DNA of 36,941 nucleotides from Candidatus Sumerlaeales bacterium. Its GTDB lineage: Bacteria > Sumerlaeota > Sumerlaeia > Sumerlaeales > Sumerlaeaceae. Made by a program: the position numbers and the translations under genes. The stretch covers positions 1 to 36,941 of the forward strand of contig JBBSQY010000033.1 in the NCBI GenBank assembly GCA_038243585.1, in the 5' to 3' direction. Of the stretch, positions 8,919-18,351 are shown piece after piece. The notes beneath the pieces were generated by a model, which was not told where the DNA came from, ran no database searches, and worked only from the letters and a program-made list of their open reading frames with translations. How positions within the stretch are numbered: the stretch's first letter is position 1; each line of letters starts with the position of its first letter.

Positions 8919-9746
8919 TTAGTAGAGGTCCCAGTTACTCGCTGCGCTGTGGGTCGAAATTTCCATAATGAGAGCAGGTGCCTGTTGCAGGGTGCCATTG
9001 GCGGGCTCGGAAACTCCCTCTTTCGTTACAAGACGCGGATAGGTAGCAGGAGGTCCGCCGGGCTGCGCGGCTGGAAAAGTACCGACCAAGCTCCACATTG
9101 CAATCCCGGATTCCAGATCGTCCCGCAATTGCTGGCGAACATCCGAGTTGCTAACGTCGAGGTTGAAAGTAATTGGAAATGCTTCAGCAGGTGAAGCACT
9201 GCCGTCATAAGATGGATCAAAAGTCCCGACCGAGTATGGTGTAGCCGCCAGGTTATCTTCTGCCCGGTTGCCAGTGCCCAGTTCAATCAAGTATGGGTCC
9301 TGCAGTGGGGTGGCGCTTACAACTCCGGGCCCCACATATCCCTGGGTTTCTGTCCAAGTGGCTTCGGTGAAGCCGTTTTGACCAGTGATTCCGGTAGCGA
9401 ACATTTTCAACTGGCCAGATGCAGGATTCCAGGCGTCGGCGTTTGCCGCCTGCCATAATACGATTCGCGCACTTGTAATCGCGTAAGGAGTGTTTTCCAG
9501 TTCTGGGGGGAGTGCCACAGTCCACTTCATATGCATTGATGAGTAATGTCTGTTGAACATATATGGGCTGGTCTCATCTTTGTAAAAAGCGTAAACTGGA
9601 ATCGTTTTACCTGTGCCCGTGCTGTGGTTCGGAGTCAGATTGGCGTCGCCTGTTAAAACGCCATTTACGGTTCCGGCTTGAGCCGGGGTGCCAAGTACGG
9701 AGAGCACCAACGCAATGCCTGCCGCCGTCATAAAACTTTGTAACAT
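8919..9746 (-). CDS. Secreted hypothetical protein with C-terminal W-x-L-Y tail
   Basis: ATG at 9746 preceded by AAGGA SD. Signal peptide MLQSFMTAAGIALVLSVLGTPAQA/G; ends SAASNWDLY. Confidence 0.8.
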   Translation of the reverse strand: MLQSFMTAAGIALVLSVLGTPAQAGTVNGVLTGDANLTPNHSTGTGKTIPVYAFYKDETSPYMFNRHYSSMHMKWTVALPPELENTPYAITSARIVLWQAANADAWNPASGQLKMFATGITGQNGFTEATWTETQGYVGPGVVSATPLQDPYLIELGTGNRAEDNLAATPYSVGTFDPSYDGSASPAEAFPITFNLDVSNSDVRQQLRDDLESGIAMWSLVGTFPAAQPGGPPATYPRLVTKEGVSEPANGTLQQAPALIMEISTHSAASNWDLY

Positions 9747-9824
9747 ACAATCATCCTTTTTCGTAGGGGTTATTAAACAGAAAATCAAGTGTTGCCGTTG
9801 AACTAAAGGCATGCATGCGACCTG

Positions 9825-10433
9825 TTACCAGCTGTCAACCCCTGGTAGCGGCGTCCGCGCTATGCCGCCTCGAGCGACAATCTCTCCGCCGCTAATGGTT
9901 CCATTAGTGGGGTCATAAATGTACGTCGCGTAACTGCCGGACCGGATTGAGTATTCGGGGAAAGCGTAATACGGAAAGCTAATAGTAAGATCCGGGCCGC
10001 CGCTGGTTAGAGAATAGGACATCTTGTCGTTTTTAAGCCCTGTTTCACCCGGCCCAGAGACGTGGGACGCGAGCTCGTACAAATAAACGTCAAGCGGCTC
10101 ATTAGGATCAACCACATTAATACTGTCCTCATAGTTATGCCCGGTGGTACGGACAAATGGATCGCGCGGACGAGAGGTTAGATAAGATATCGGCGTCGTA
10201 AGCGGGTTCAGGCGCACACTAGGCATTGGTTCGTAAAAAGTTCCGCTAGGCGGATACGCATTGTTGTCCAACTGATACGTTTCAAGAGCTGTAGCCATGG
10301 TGCGCATCTCGGCTCGAACTCTGGCGGCCTTGGCACGCACTTGCGCCTGTAAAAAGTTGGGTGTGGCGATTGCTGCAAGAATGGCTATAATCGCCACTAC
10401 AATCAGTAGTTCTATGAGCGTAAATGCTCTCAT
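9825..10433 (-). CDS. Prepilin-type N-terminal cleavage/methylation protein (type IV pilin / GspG-like pseudopilin)
   Basis: MRA|FTLIELLIVVAIIAILAAIATPNF class III signal, GspG-like helix ..ALETYQLDNNAYP, SGGPD, and C-terminal YDPTNGT.S.GEI motif. Confidence 0.92.
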   Translation of the reverse strand: MRAFTLIELLIVVAIIAILAAIATPNFLQAQVRAKAARVRAEMRTMATALETYQLDNNAYPPSGTFYEPMPSVRLNPLTTPISYLTSRPRDPFVRTTGHNYEDSINVVDPNEPLDVYLYELASHVSGPGETGLKNDKMSYSLTSGGPDLTISFPYYAFPEYSIRSGSYATYIYDPTNGTISGGEIVARGGIARTPLPGVDSW

Positions 10434-10775
10434 TACCACCTGGGTCCCTGTGTGTCTTTGGATATGTTCGACTGAAAACTTAAAATCACTGCCATTATCT
10501 CCTGCTACAACTTATAAACTTTAGTATGCAAAGAGCACACCAGACTCATCCGAGTCTCTAAATTGTTTATTTTGAATGTTATACATAAGAATAGAGTTGG
10601 GCCAGTGGGGAAATACCGGCTCGTATAAGCCACCGGGTGCGGCAAATAGTGCACTTTCTCAATTTAGTTAATAATGCCTTGGCTTCGGTGCTTTCCTCAC
10701 CGTATGCTAAACCCTTCCGAGCGATTTAATTGCTATTTTTCCCCCGAAAAAGAAGTAGTTTTTGGCGCAAACCAG

Positions 10776-10794
10776 GATAATGATAGCGCTTTTC
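10776..10794. promoter_or_regulatory. Candidate Fur box
   Basis: GATAATGATAGCGCTTTTC matches the E. coli Fur consensus GATAATGATAATCATTATC at 14/19 positions (hand count). It lies in the long intergenic region upstream of the pilin-heme oxygenase operon. Confidence 0.35.
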
Positions 10795-11170
10795 GCGAGC
10801 TGTCCATATGCGAGCCGCAGTGGCCAGATCTGCGAGGCATCCATTTCCTTACTAAAAAGACGTTTGAGGTTAATCGGCGGATTCGTATATGGGATAGTGC
10901 CGAGCGGCGATTTGCTGTTTATGAGGTTTTTATGCCGCTCATGCCCGTGGGTGCAGGCTGAGAGAAGGTTTTTGGACGCTTTTAACAATTTTATTTTTTA
11001 CTGGTTTAAAGTTCATGAAAGAGCGTTCCGGGGATGTCGCCATTGTAATTGTTCTCCGTTTCAGGAATGGTTGCATTTAGGGGAAACAATAGGTGGGGAA
11101 ATGGAGAGGGGAATTCCCGCATGGGTACTTAAATGAGATTTTGAAGGGATTGGTGAGCAGACGGCGGACG

Positions 11171-11250
11171 GCGGACGGCTCGGCGAGCCATCCCTACTCA
11201 TATATGACGTTGGGATCTCGGGAGCGGACGGCTCGGCGAGCCATCCCTAC
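11171..11250. repeat. REP-like family B, two direct copies (GCGGACGGCTCGGCGAGCCATCCCTAC)
   Basis: Identical 27-mers at 11171-11197 and 11224-11250, each followed by ..TATATGA.GTTG. The reverse complement starts with GTAG. Confidence 0.8.
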
Positions 11251-11347
11251 CCGTATATGAAGTTGCACAGGGTGATCCGGCTAAACCGGAAACTCGTATT
11301 CATAATCCTTACTGCATTTTGCTGAGTTGCGCCGTGTAGTTTCTTGC

Positions 11348-11638
11348 ATGAGTAAAAACCCTAAACCTGTGCCCGCTCCGGGTAACGCCAACGAAAGTGC
11401 TTTGGATAAAGAAATCGCGGCGATGTCCATGGAAGCGTGCTTTGAAGAGCTGGAAACTATCGTGACCGCCCTGGAAAACCAGACCACATCTCTTGAAGAC
11501 TCTATAAATCTGTTCGAGCGGGGCATGAAGCTGAGCCGCCGCTGCAACACGGAGTTGACCCGCATGGAGCGCCGAATTCAGATCATTGTGGAAACCTCCA
11601 AGCAAGAAGTCCAGTACAGGGACTTTGAGGAAGACTAG
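11348..11638 (+). CDS. xseB: Exodeoxyribonuclease VII small subunit
   Basis: SMEACFEELETIVTALE...SLEDSINLFERGMKLSRRC...L...E.RIQ pattern. Start probably ATG at 11348. Confidence 0.92.
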   Translation: MSKNPKPVPAPGNANESALDKEIAAMSMEACFEELETIVTALENQTTSLEDSINLFERGMKLSRRCNTELTRMERRIQIIVETSKQEVQYRDFEED

Positions 11639-11657
11639 TCAGCGTGGCTAAACCATC

Positions 11658-12713
11658 CTAATTCGGCAGGGATGGGTAGTCTGTATAGCCCTCCGGTCCC
11701 GGGCCATAGAAGGTTTCCGGATTGGGCGGGTTTAAAGGTGCACCCAGTGAGAATCGTTTGGGAAGATCTGGATTAGCTATAAATGGTCGGCCGAAGGCCA
11801 CAGCGTCTGCTCGCCCCCCGGCCACTACAGCCTCACCGGTTTCCCGGTCAAATCCCTCGTTAAAGATATAAACGCCGCCAAAAGTCTTGCGCAACTCGTC
11901 TCCCAGAAATGGCTCTCTCAGATGTTCTCGAGCGCAGATAAACGCAATGCCGCGGCTGCCGGCCTCGGCAGCGACATGGCCAAAGGTTTTGGAAGGATTT
12001 GAATCGCCCATCCCGTGACTGTCTCTGCGAGGTGCCAGGTGCAGACCGACCCGGTCGGCACCCCACACATCGATCGCGGCATCAAGGGCTTCGAGCATGA
12101 ACCTGGCCCGGTTTTCAACGGTGCCCCCATACTCATCTGTACGATGATTCGACTGATCCTGCAGAAACTGATCGGGTAGATAACCGTTTGCCCCATGGAG
12201 TTCCACTCCGTCAAATCCAGCGGCCATTGCATTCTCAGCGCCTTTACGGTAGTCCGCGATGATGCCTGGAATTTCTTCCAGTTCAAGAGCCCGAGGCACA
12301 GCGAACTCGCGCTTGGGGCGGAGCAGGCTGACTGTTCCACTGGCGGCAATAGCGCTTGGCGCGACGGGTTGCTTCCCGTCCAGGTAGTACGGATCGGAAA
12401 TGCGACCCACGTGCCAAAGTTGAAGTATGATGCGACCACCTGCGCTGTGAACGGCGTTGGTGGTCAGTTTCCAACCATTTACCTGGTCGTCGCTCCATAT
12501 CCCTGGCGTATCCGGGTAGCCGACACCCATTGGCGAAATGGCGGTGGCTTCCGATATGATTAATCCGGCGGAGGCGCGCTGACTATAGTACTCCGCCATC
12601 ATCGCATTAGGCACACGACCGTCATCAGCGCGACAACGCGTGAGGGGTGCCATGATTACTCGGTTCGGCAGTGTCCAGGCACCGACTTGAAGAGAGTCAT
12701 GTAATGTGGGCAT
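11658..12713 (-). CDS. nemA: Old Yellow Enzyme family alkene reductase (N-ethylmaleimide reductase/XenB-like)
   Basis: NRVIMAPLTRCR, QLWHVGR, GFDGVELHGANGYL and FGRPFIANPDL motifs. AAGGAG SD. Confidence 0.93.
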   Translation of the reverse strand: MPTLHDSLQVGAWTLPNRVIMAPLTRCRADDGRVPNAMMAEYYSQRASAGLIISEATAISPMGVGYPDTPGIWSDDQVNGWKLTTNAVHSAGGRIILQLWHVGRISDPYYLDGKQPVAPSAIAASGTVSLLRPKREFAVPRALELEEIPGIIADYRKGAENAMAAGFDGVELHGANGYLPDQFLQDQSNHRTDEYGGTVENRARFMLEALDAAIDVWGADRVGLHLAPRRDSHGMGDSNPSKTFGHVAAEAGSRGIAFICAREHLREPFLGDELRKTFGGVYIFNEGFDRETGEAVVAGGRADAVAFGRPFIANPDLPKRFSLGAPLNPPNPETFYGPGPEGYTDYPSLPN

Positions 12714-12769
12714 CAGCTACTCCTTTTATGACAGGACTCTAGCGCACTTTTCATTCCAGTCATATCAGT

Positions 12770-12804
12770 AAAAAAAAAGCCGCAGACCCCTAAAGGCCTG
12801 CGGC
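12770..12804 (-). terminator. Rho-independent terminator of the 12838-13755 gene
   Basis: GCCGCAG...CTGCGGC hairpin followed on the minus strand by a run of 9 T. Confidence 0.8.
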
Positions 12805-12837
12805 AATAAAACTTCCGATTCTTTAAAGCAGAGTCTC

Positions 12838-13755
12838 TTAGTAGAGATTCCAGTCATTTACATCAGAGGTTGGAGGACCAGCTCTTAGCTGATCAAAGAT
12901 GCCCTGACGTTCTTGAGCAGTACGTCCCGTGAATCCTACTTCTCTGTAGAACATACCCGGTCTACCGTTCAAGTATATGGCGGCTGGCGTTGTGCCAACT
13001 ACGGTTCCATTAACTTTGTATGTAATGACCGTGCCCACGCACTCAATGCGCAGTGTATGCCAGCCATTGGCTGTTAGTACAATAGGCGATCCAACTGGCG
13101 TAGATGGTCCTGAAACATTAGGAAACTCTTGAGCCTGGATTTCTTTAGTCCGGTAGTTATAAACGATTCCATAACTTCCATCGAGATCAGGACTGTATCC
13201 GTAATCTCTTCTCGTCAATTGAGTTGGACCATCATCACGTGCTGCACGTGCCACAAGACCGGCTGTTTCAACGTCAGCGACAGTGGCGGAAATCGAGGAA
13301 ACCGGGCAGAACAAATCAACCTGAACATAATAATTGGCATCGTCACTATTACCAAAGAAAAGGGCGTTATAACCACCGTCATCTCCAAGAACCACGGCCG
13401 TGCCTGGACCTGTAGCTCCAGGGCGAGTGTTGGCGATAATCGGAGGTAGCGCATTGCCACGATCCGGATTGTTGTGAGGACCGGTAACCGTCAAAACCGG
13501 CGACTCTGGGCTTCCGTCAGTGGCCCATGTATTTATATAACGTATAGATGTCGTAGGAACCGTTGATGCATCAGTGCCTGTGTAATCTGTAAATTCGGAT
13601 CCATCAGGTTTGGAGGCGCCGAATGTCCCGGTACCGGTGTTATTACCCCGTGTGCCCACGTTGAACTGATCAACAATGCTGACCGTATCTAAATCCTGCG
13701 CGAACGCGCCTGCTGTCAATGTAGCTGCTAAAACAAATAAGCCAAGTCGTTTCAT
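12838..13755 (-). CDS. Secreted protein with concanavalin-like/DUF1080-like beta-sandwich and C-terminal W-x-L-Y tail
   Basis: Signal peptide MKRLGLFVLAATLTAGAFA/Q with AAGGAG SD. GWHTLRIECVGTVITYKVNG...GRPG is typical of LamG/DUF1080 folds. Ends TSDVNDWNLY. Confidence 0.8.
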   Translation of the reverse strand: MKRLGLFVLAATLTAGAFAQDLDTVSIVDQFNVGTRGNNTGTGTFGASKPDGSEFTDYTGTDASTVPTTSIRYINTWATDGSPESPVLTVTGPHNNPDRGNALPPIIANTRPGATGPGTAVVLGDDGGYNALFFGNSDDANYYVQVDLFCPVSSISATVADVETAGLVARAARDDGPTQLTRRDYGYSPDLDGSYGIVYNYRTKEIQAQEFPNVSGPSTPVGSPIVLTANGWHTLRIECVGTVITYKVNGTVVGTTPAAIYLNGRPGMFYREVGFTGRTAQERQGIFDQLRAGPPTSDVNDWNLY

Positions 13756-13943
13756 GCTGTCTCCTTTTGCCCAATCGGGCTATTAGTTGTACTGATTTCG
13801 CCGCTCGACACAGGTTGTGTCAACACAAAATTGAGTCGTGGTCGTTTTTTATACTGGGCTATTTTAACCGACGTTTTCTTGTTGAATCTGCCCGTTAATC
13901 CCGCACAATAATCCTGATTTCGTGGAAAAAGGACTTCTGTCAT

Positions 13944-15236
13944 TTGAGCGCTAACCCCAGCCCCCCTGCCGACGCTAATACCCATTTGGATGATGAATAC
14001 CTGCAATACGTGCGTGATGAACCGGACGCCGTTTTAAAGGTTCTTAATCTTTCCAAACACTTTCCCATCCGCAAAGGTTTTTTCAGCCGGGTGACGGGGC
14101 AGGTGCGCGCTGTGGAAGATGTCTCCTTTTTTCTACGCCCGAAAGAGACGCTTGGGCTGGTGGGGGAATCGGGCTGTGGCAAGACCACCACGGGTCGTCT
14201 GATCCTGCAGCTTATCCGGCCCACCACAGGCCAGGTGCACGTGAAGGGGTCGCCGGACCTGACTGGTCTGTCGAATCGGCAACTGCTCCCCTTTCGACGC
14301 CGTATGCAGATGATTTTCCAGGATCCTTACAGCTCTTTGAATCCCCGTATGACCGTTGGCTCAATCATCGGCGAAGCTTTGACGATCCACAAACTGGCCT
14401 CAGGGAAAAAGAAGGTTGAGCGGATTCAGGAGCTCCTGAAGGAAGTGGGCTTGAATCCCGGCTCGATCAAACGGTTTCCCCACGAGTTTAGCGGCGGGCA
14501 GCGCCAGCGCATTGGTATCGCGCGGGCCTTGGCGGTGGAGCCGGAGGTTATTATCGCCGATGAGCCGGTAAGCGCGCTGGATGTATCGATTCAATCGCAG
14601 GTGATCAACCTGCTCGAACGCCTTCAGAACGAGTACGGCCTGAGCTACGTGTTTATCGCCCATGATTTGAGCGTGGTGGGTCACATCAGCCACCGGGTGG
14701 CGGTGATGTATCTGGGGCGGATTGTCGAGATTGGCCCGAAGTATAACCTGTTTGACACGCCGAAACATCCATATACCCAGGCGCTGCTGGCAGCGGTGCC
14801 GAAGCCGGACCCCCATAAGCGGGGCACCCGGGCGATCCTGCACGGTGATGTGCCGTCGCCGGCAAACCCGCCTTCGGGCTGCGTATTTCACACTCGTTGT
14901 CCTATGCGTTTCGAGCCGTGTGATAAAATAATCCCGCCGCTGCTGCGTCACGGCGGCGAGCATTTCACGGCCTGTCATCTTTATGATCCCCGATACAACG
15001 GCGGGGTTACCGACGCCTCCATTAATGTGATGAAGGCTATGGGGAATATTGCAGCCCAACCGCCAAGCCCGGAAGTCGTACGTCCGATGAAACAAGAGCA
15101 GGTGCGGGACGACCGGGGCGACGCGCCGGAAGACATACCGGAGCCGGATATCGTATCTCAGCGTAAAGATTCCGCCGTGTTTCCATCTGACGCGGACCGT
15201 CCGGATATTTTGCCACCCGGACCACCCATCGTCTGA
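13944..15236 (+). CDS. Oligopeptide/dipeptide ABC transporter ATP-binding subunit (OppF/AppF/DppF-like) with extra C-terminal tail
   Basis: Walker [26 protein letters not shown], and the oligopeptide C-terminal HPYT...GCVFHTRC...C...ACH Fe-S motif. Confidence 0.93.
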   Translation: MSANPSPPADANTHLDDEYLQYVRDEPDAVLKVLNLSKHFPIRKGFFSRVTGQVRAVEDVSFFLRPKETLGLVGESGCGKTTTGRLILQLIRPTTGQVHVKGSPDLTGLSNRQLLPFRRRMQMIFQDPYSSLNPRMTVGSIIGEALTIHKLASGKKKVERIQELLKEVGLNPGSIKRFPHEFSGGQRQRIGIARALAVEPEVIIADEPVSALDVSIQSQVINLLERLQNEYGLSYVFIAHDLSVVGHISHRVAVMYLGRIVEIGPKYNLFDTPKHPYTQALLAAVPKPDPHKRGTRAILHGDVPSPANPPSGCVFHTRCPMRFEPCDKIIPPLLRHGGEHFTACHLYDPRYNGGVTDASINVMKAMGNIAAQPPSPEVVRPMKQEQVRDDRGDAPEDIPEPDIVSQRKDSAVFPSDADRPDILPPGPPIV

Positions 15237-15247
15237 GCGACGGAGAG

Positions 15248-16531
15248 ATTAAGCACCTTTTTGCGGAACGGGCATGGCTGGGGCCGGGCCGGTTTGCTCA
15301 GCGTGTTGCGCTATCTTTTGGTTCTCAAATCACAGACGTGCAGGTTCTGGAGACTGATGAAAGTCCCCGTACAGACGCGCGGCGGGTGGAGTGGCTTGTT
15401 CCCGGATTTATTAATGCGCATTGCCATCTGGAATACTCCTGGCTTGCAGCCGGTGACCCGCCGGACTACGCTACGCTCCCACACGGCGACGTGCCGTTCG
15501 GGCGCTGGATGGAGGCGATTATTGCGTCACGACCAATATCTCCGGAGGATTTCGAAAGGCGGTCAGCCGCCATGGCCGACGGCGCAACGGCGCTGCGGCG
15601 CGGAGGCTGCACAGCCGTTATTGATTCCACTACGGACGGCTTTTCGGCGGCGCATCTGGAGCAGGCGGGCGTGCGGCATTTTCTTTTTCATGAGGTGCTT
15701 GGCCTGTCGAGGGAACGGGCAGAGCCGATCTGGCGACACACAATGGAGCAAATCGCAGGCAACGAGAAGAGACCGGCTGGCAGCCGCTCCATTGGCTGCG
15801 GCATTAATCCTCATGCACCATACAGCGTGGGACCGTGGCTGCGAAACGTGTTGCGGGGCGACGCAGCCAGTGGCTTTCCGCAGGCGTGGCACCTGGGAGA
15901 AACGCCGGACGAAGAGGAGCTTTTTCTGCGGGGAACGGGTTCTATAGCGGAGTTTCTGCAGAGGCGAGGGATGACACCGCCCTGGGGATCGGACAAGACG
16001 GTAGACACTGGCTTTAACATTAATCCTGTCCCTGGGGTTACTTCTTTTCGATTCCTTCAGATGGACGATATGATTGATCGCTGCCACGTTGCTTTTCACG
16101 GAAATACGCTCAAGACTTCGGAAGCGTCTTTTTTTTCAGGCGAGCGGGCTCTTGTTCATTGCCCGGCGACGCTTCGGTGGTTTCAGCGGTCCCCAGCGCC
16201 ACTCAAGGATTGGCTGGAGGCGGGGGTCAACGTGTGTCTTGGTACAGACAGTCTGGCCAGTTCGGACACATTGTCGATGGTTGATATCATCCGCACCACT
16301 TTACTAGACAACCCGGAGCTCTCTGCAAACGACGCACTTAGAATGGCGTGCTCAAATCCTGCAAATATTTCGTTTATGCGAAAAGCTGAATTCACTGGAT
16401 CACTCGTAACAGGCAACCGCGCAGATTTCGTAGCGTTGGAAACACCACAGCCTGTCGCGGACTGGCGTGAAGCCCTCACCGAAGCAGGAACTCGGGCAGC
16501 ATTGGTATGGATCGAAGGCACTGTAGCTTAA
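15248..16531 (+). CDS. Metal-dependent amidohydrolase (deaminase-like); start uncertain (first standard start GTG 15338, probable upstream non-canonical start)
   Basis: PGFINAHCHLE, PHAPYSV, HLGET..E, H.N, and LGTDSLAS..LS motifs. The frame is open from 15191. Confidence 0.85.
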   Translation: MKHLFAERAWLGPGRFAQRVALSFGSQITDVQVLETDESPRTDARRVEWLVPGFINAHCHLEYSWLAAGDPPDYATLPHGDVPFGRWMEAIIASRPISPEDFERRSAAMADGATALRRGGCTAVIDSTTDGFSAAHLEQAGVRHFLFHEVLGLSRERAEPIWRHTMEQIAGNEKRPAGSRSIGCGINPHAPYSVGPWLRNVLRGDAASGFPQAWHLGETPDEEELFLRGTGSIAEFLQRRGMTPPWGSDKTVDTGFNINPVPGVTSFRFLQMDDMIDRCHVAFHGNTLKTSEASFFSGERALVHCPATLRWFQRSPAPLKDWLEAGVNVCLGTDSLASSDTLSMVDIIRTTLLDNPELSANDALRMACSNPANISFMRKAEFTGSLVTGNRADFVALETPQPVADWREALTEAGTRAALVWIEGTVA

Positions 16532-16622
16532 ACGGACTAAAAAACTCTACCGTCCGTTTGTAGTTAAGTTCGGCCAACCTCTACGCGGATGAACCAGCAC
16601 CCGAATTACTCAGCCTGACGTA

Positions 16623-17759
16623 TTATACACTGACGACAGATGCAGTTTCCGCGTCCGTGGCTTCGGTTTTATGTTGGCTCAGCGAAAACCAAAAACACGC
16701 TCCCCCGTCCTCGTTGTTACGCGCGCCAATCTCTCCTTGATGAAGATCGATTAGCTTTTTGCAGATCGCCAGACCAAGTCCGCTGCTGCTTTCGCTACCC
16801 GTGGGGCGACGACTAAGTTTTCCATACCGTATGAAAACCTTTTCAAGATCCTGCGCGGTCAGGCCCGGTCCGTTATCCCGCACCATCAAATCCACCTTGT
16901 CGTCAGTACAGTGAACTTCCACTGTGACTTTGCCTTCTGCGGGGTTAAACTTGAGAGCATTACCGATAAGATTTTGCAGCACCTGCTCGAGGCGGCTCGG
17001 ATCTCCTTTGATCAAGGAGTGCTGCTCCGGAGAACAGTCGCTGAAGTTCAACGTGATCTGCTTTTCGGCCGCATAGGGCTGGAAGTTGTCCACCACCTGG
17101 TTTCCTAATTTCGTCATGTCCACAACCTGATAATTCAGCTTGATGTGGCCATCTTCCACGGCTTGGAAATCCAGAAAATCCGCGATGATCTTTTGCATGT
17201 TCTTGGAATGTTGCCCGATCTTATCCAGCATTTCCATGGCCTCTTCGGTCATGGGTTCACCGACGGGAACCTTTGTAGCGATAAGATAGGCCTGGCATAC
17301 AATAACGAACAGAGGGTTTTTCAGGTCATGACTGGCCATGCCCAGAAACTCATCTTTAAGCTTAAACAGATGTTTCACTTTGAGGTGAGTATCCACACGG
17401 GCAAGCAGCACGCTGAAATCAATGGGTTTTGTCACGTAATCATTGGCACCAAGACTAAGCGCCATCACGACGTCTTCGCTCTGGGTTTTGGCGGTGGCCA
17501 TAATGATAGGCAGTTCCGCAGCGCTATAGCGCTTTCGCAGAATTTCCAGCACTTCTATCCCGGTGAGGCCGGGCATCATTATATCAAGAATAATAAGATC
17601 GAACATTTCCCGCTCGATCATATCCATGGCCGAGGGGCCGTCCTCCGCCACCATTACTTCAAATCCCTTGCGCTGCAGGCGGCGTGAAAGCATCTCCCTG
17701 TTTAAATCATTGTCATCAACTACCAGTAGCCGCCCCGTCGTTTGATTCATCGGCTCCAT
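16623..17759 (-). CDS. Hybrid histidine kinase (REC-HisKA-HATPase)
   Basis: VVDD...LDIMMP...TKP receiver, ASHDLKNPL H-box, NLIGNALKF, DNGPG, GLGLAIC. Confidence 0.93.
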   Translation of the reverse strand: MEPMNQTTGRLLVVDDNDLNREMLSRRLQRKGFEVMVAEDGPSAMDMIEREMFDLIILDIMMPGLTGIEVLEILRKRYSAAELPIIMATAKTQSEDVVMALSLGANDYVTKPIDFSVLLARVDTHLKVKHLFKLKDEFLGMASHDLKNPLFVIVCQAYLIATKVPVGEPMTEEAMEMLDKIGQHSKNMQKIIADFLDFQAVEDGHIKLNYQVVDMTKLGNQVVDNFQPYAAEKQITLNFSDCSPEQHSLIKGDPSRLEQVLQNLIGNALKFNPAEGKVTVEVHCTDDKVDLMVRDNGPGLTAQDLEKVFIRYGKLSRRPTGSESSSGLGLAICKKLIDLHQGEIGARNNEDGGACFWFSLSQHKTEATDAETASVVSV

Positions 17760-18156
17760 CCTTCAAAGTCAGTTTTTCGATTTTCGCCAAAAGCCGATCC
17801 AGATGTATCGGCTTGGTCTCATAGTCATCACAGCCTACATCAAACGCGCGAGTTCTATCTTCCGACATGGCATGAGCGCTGAGTCCGATTACAGGAATAC
17901 CGCGGGTAGCGTCGTTATTCTTTATTAAACGTGTGGCTTCCCAACCGTCCATAACCGGCAGACTCATATCCATCAGGATGACGTCAGGTGCCTCCTGCTC
18001 GGCCAGTTGAACCCCGGCGGCTCCATCCATGGCGACAATGACGGCATAACCCAGGCGGTCGAGACGTCGCTTCAGCATATCGAGATTCAACTCGTTGTCT
18101 TCAACTAGTAAGATACGTTTCAATGGGGTCGCCTTTCGATAATGTTCGCCTGCCAT
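17716..18156 (-). CDS. Single-domain response regulator (DivK/CheY-like)
   Basis: ILLVEDNE...ILMDMSLPVMDGWE...LSAHAM...ETKP. Start at ATG 18156 or a nearby TTG. Confidence 0.92.
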   Translation of the reverse strand: MAGEHYRKATPLKRILLVEDNELNLDMLKRRLDRLGYAVIVAMDGAAGVQLAEQEAPDVILMDMSLPVMDGWEATRLIKNNDATRGIPVIGLSAHAMSEDRTRAFDVGCDDYETKPIHLDRLLAKIEKLTLKDGADESNDGAATGS

Positions 18157-18351
18157 GTTATATGTCAATTCGTGGGTTCTACACCCTTTACCAATGAAAG
18201 ACATTCATTTCCTATTACAGGAATGGTCAACAGTAGATAATCGGTGAAATACGGCACAATGGCGCGAAGAAAAAACACAGGCGGGAAAAACCTTATCGGA
18301 GAAGCGCAGAGGGGGGCAACCTGAGACCAATGCGCGGCGGGATGGCTTCTA

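Noticed and set aside
10674..11136. ORFs 10674..10961, 10707..10988 and 10762..11136
   Set aside because: They overlap each other and have atypical composition, no motifs and no good SD. Treated as non-coding.
15261..15947. 228-aa alternative-frame ORF over the amidohydrolase, suggesting a frameshift
   Set aside because: It is Arg-rich with no family motifs. The amidohydrolase frame itself is open upstream, so no frameshift is needed.
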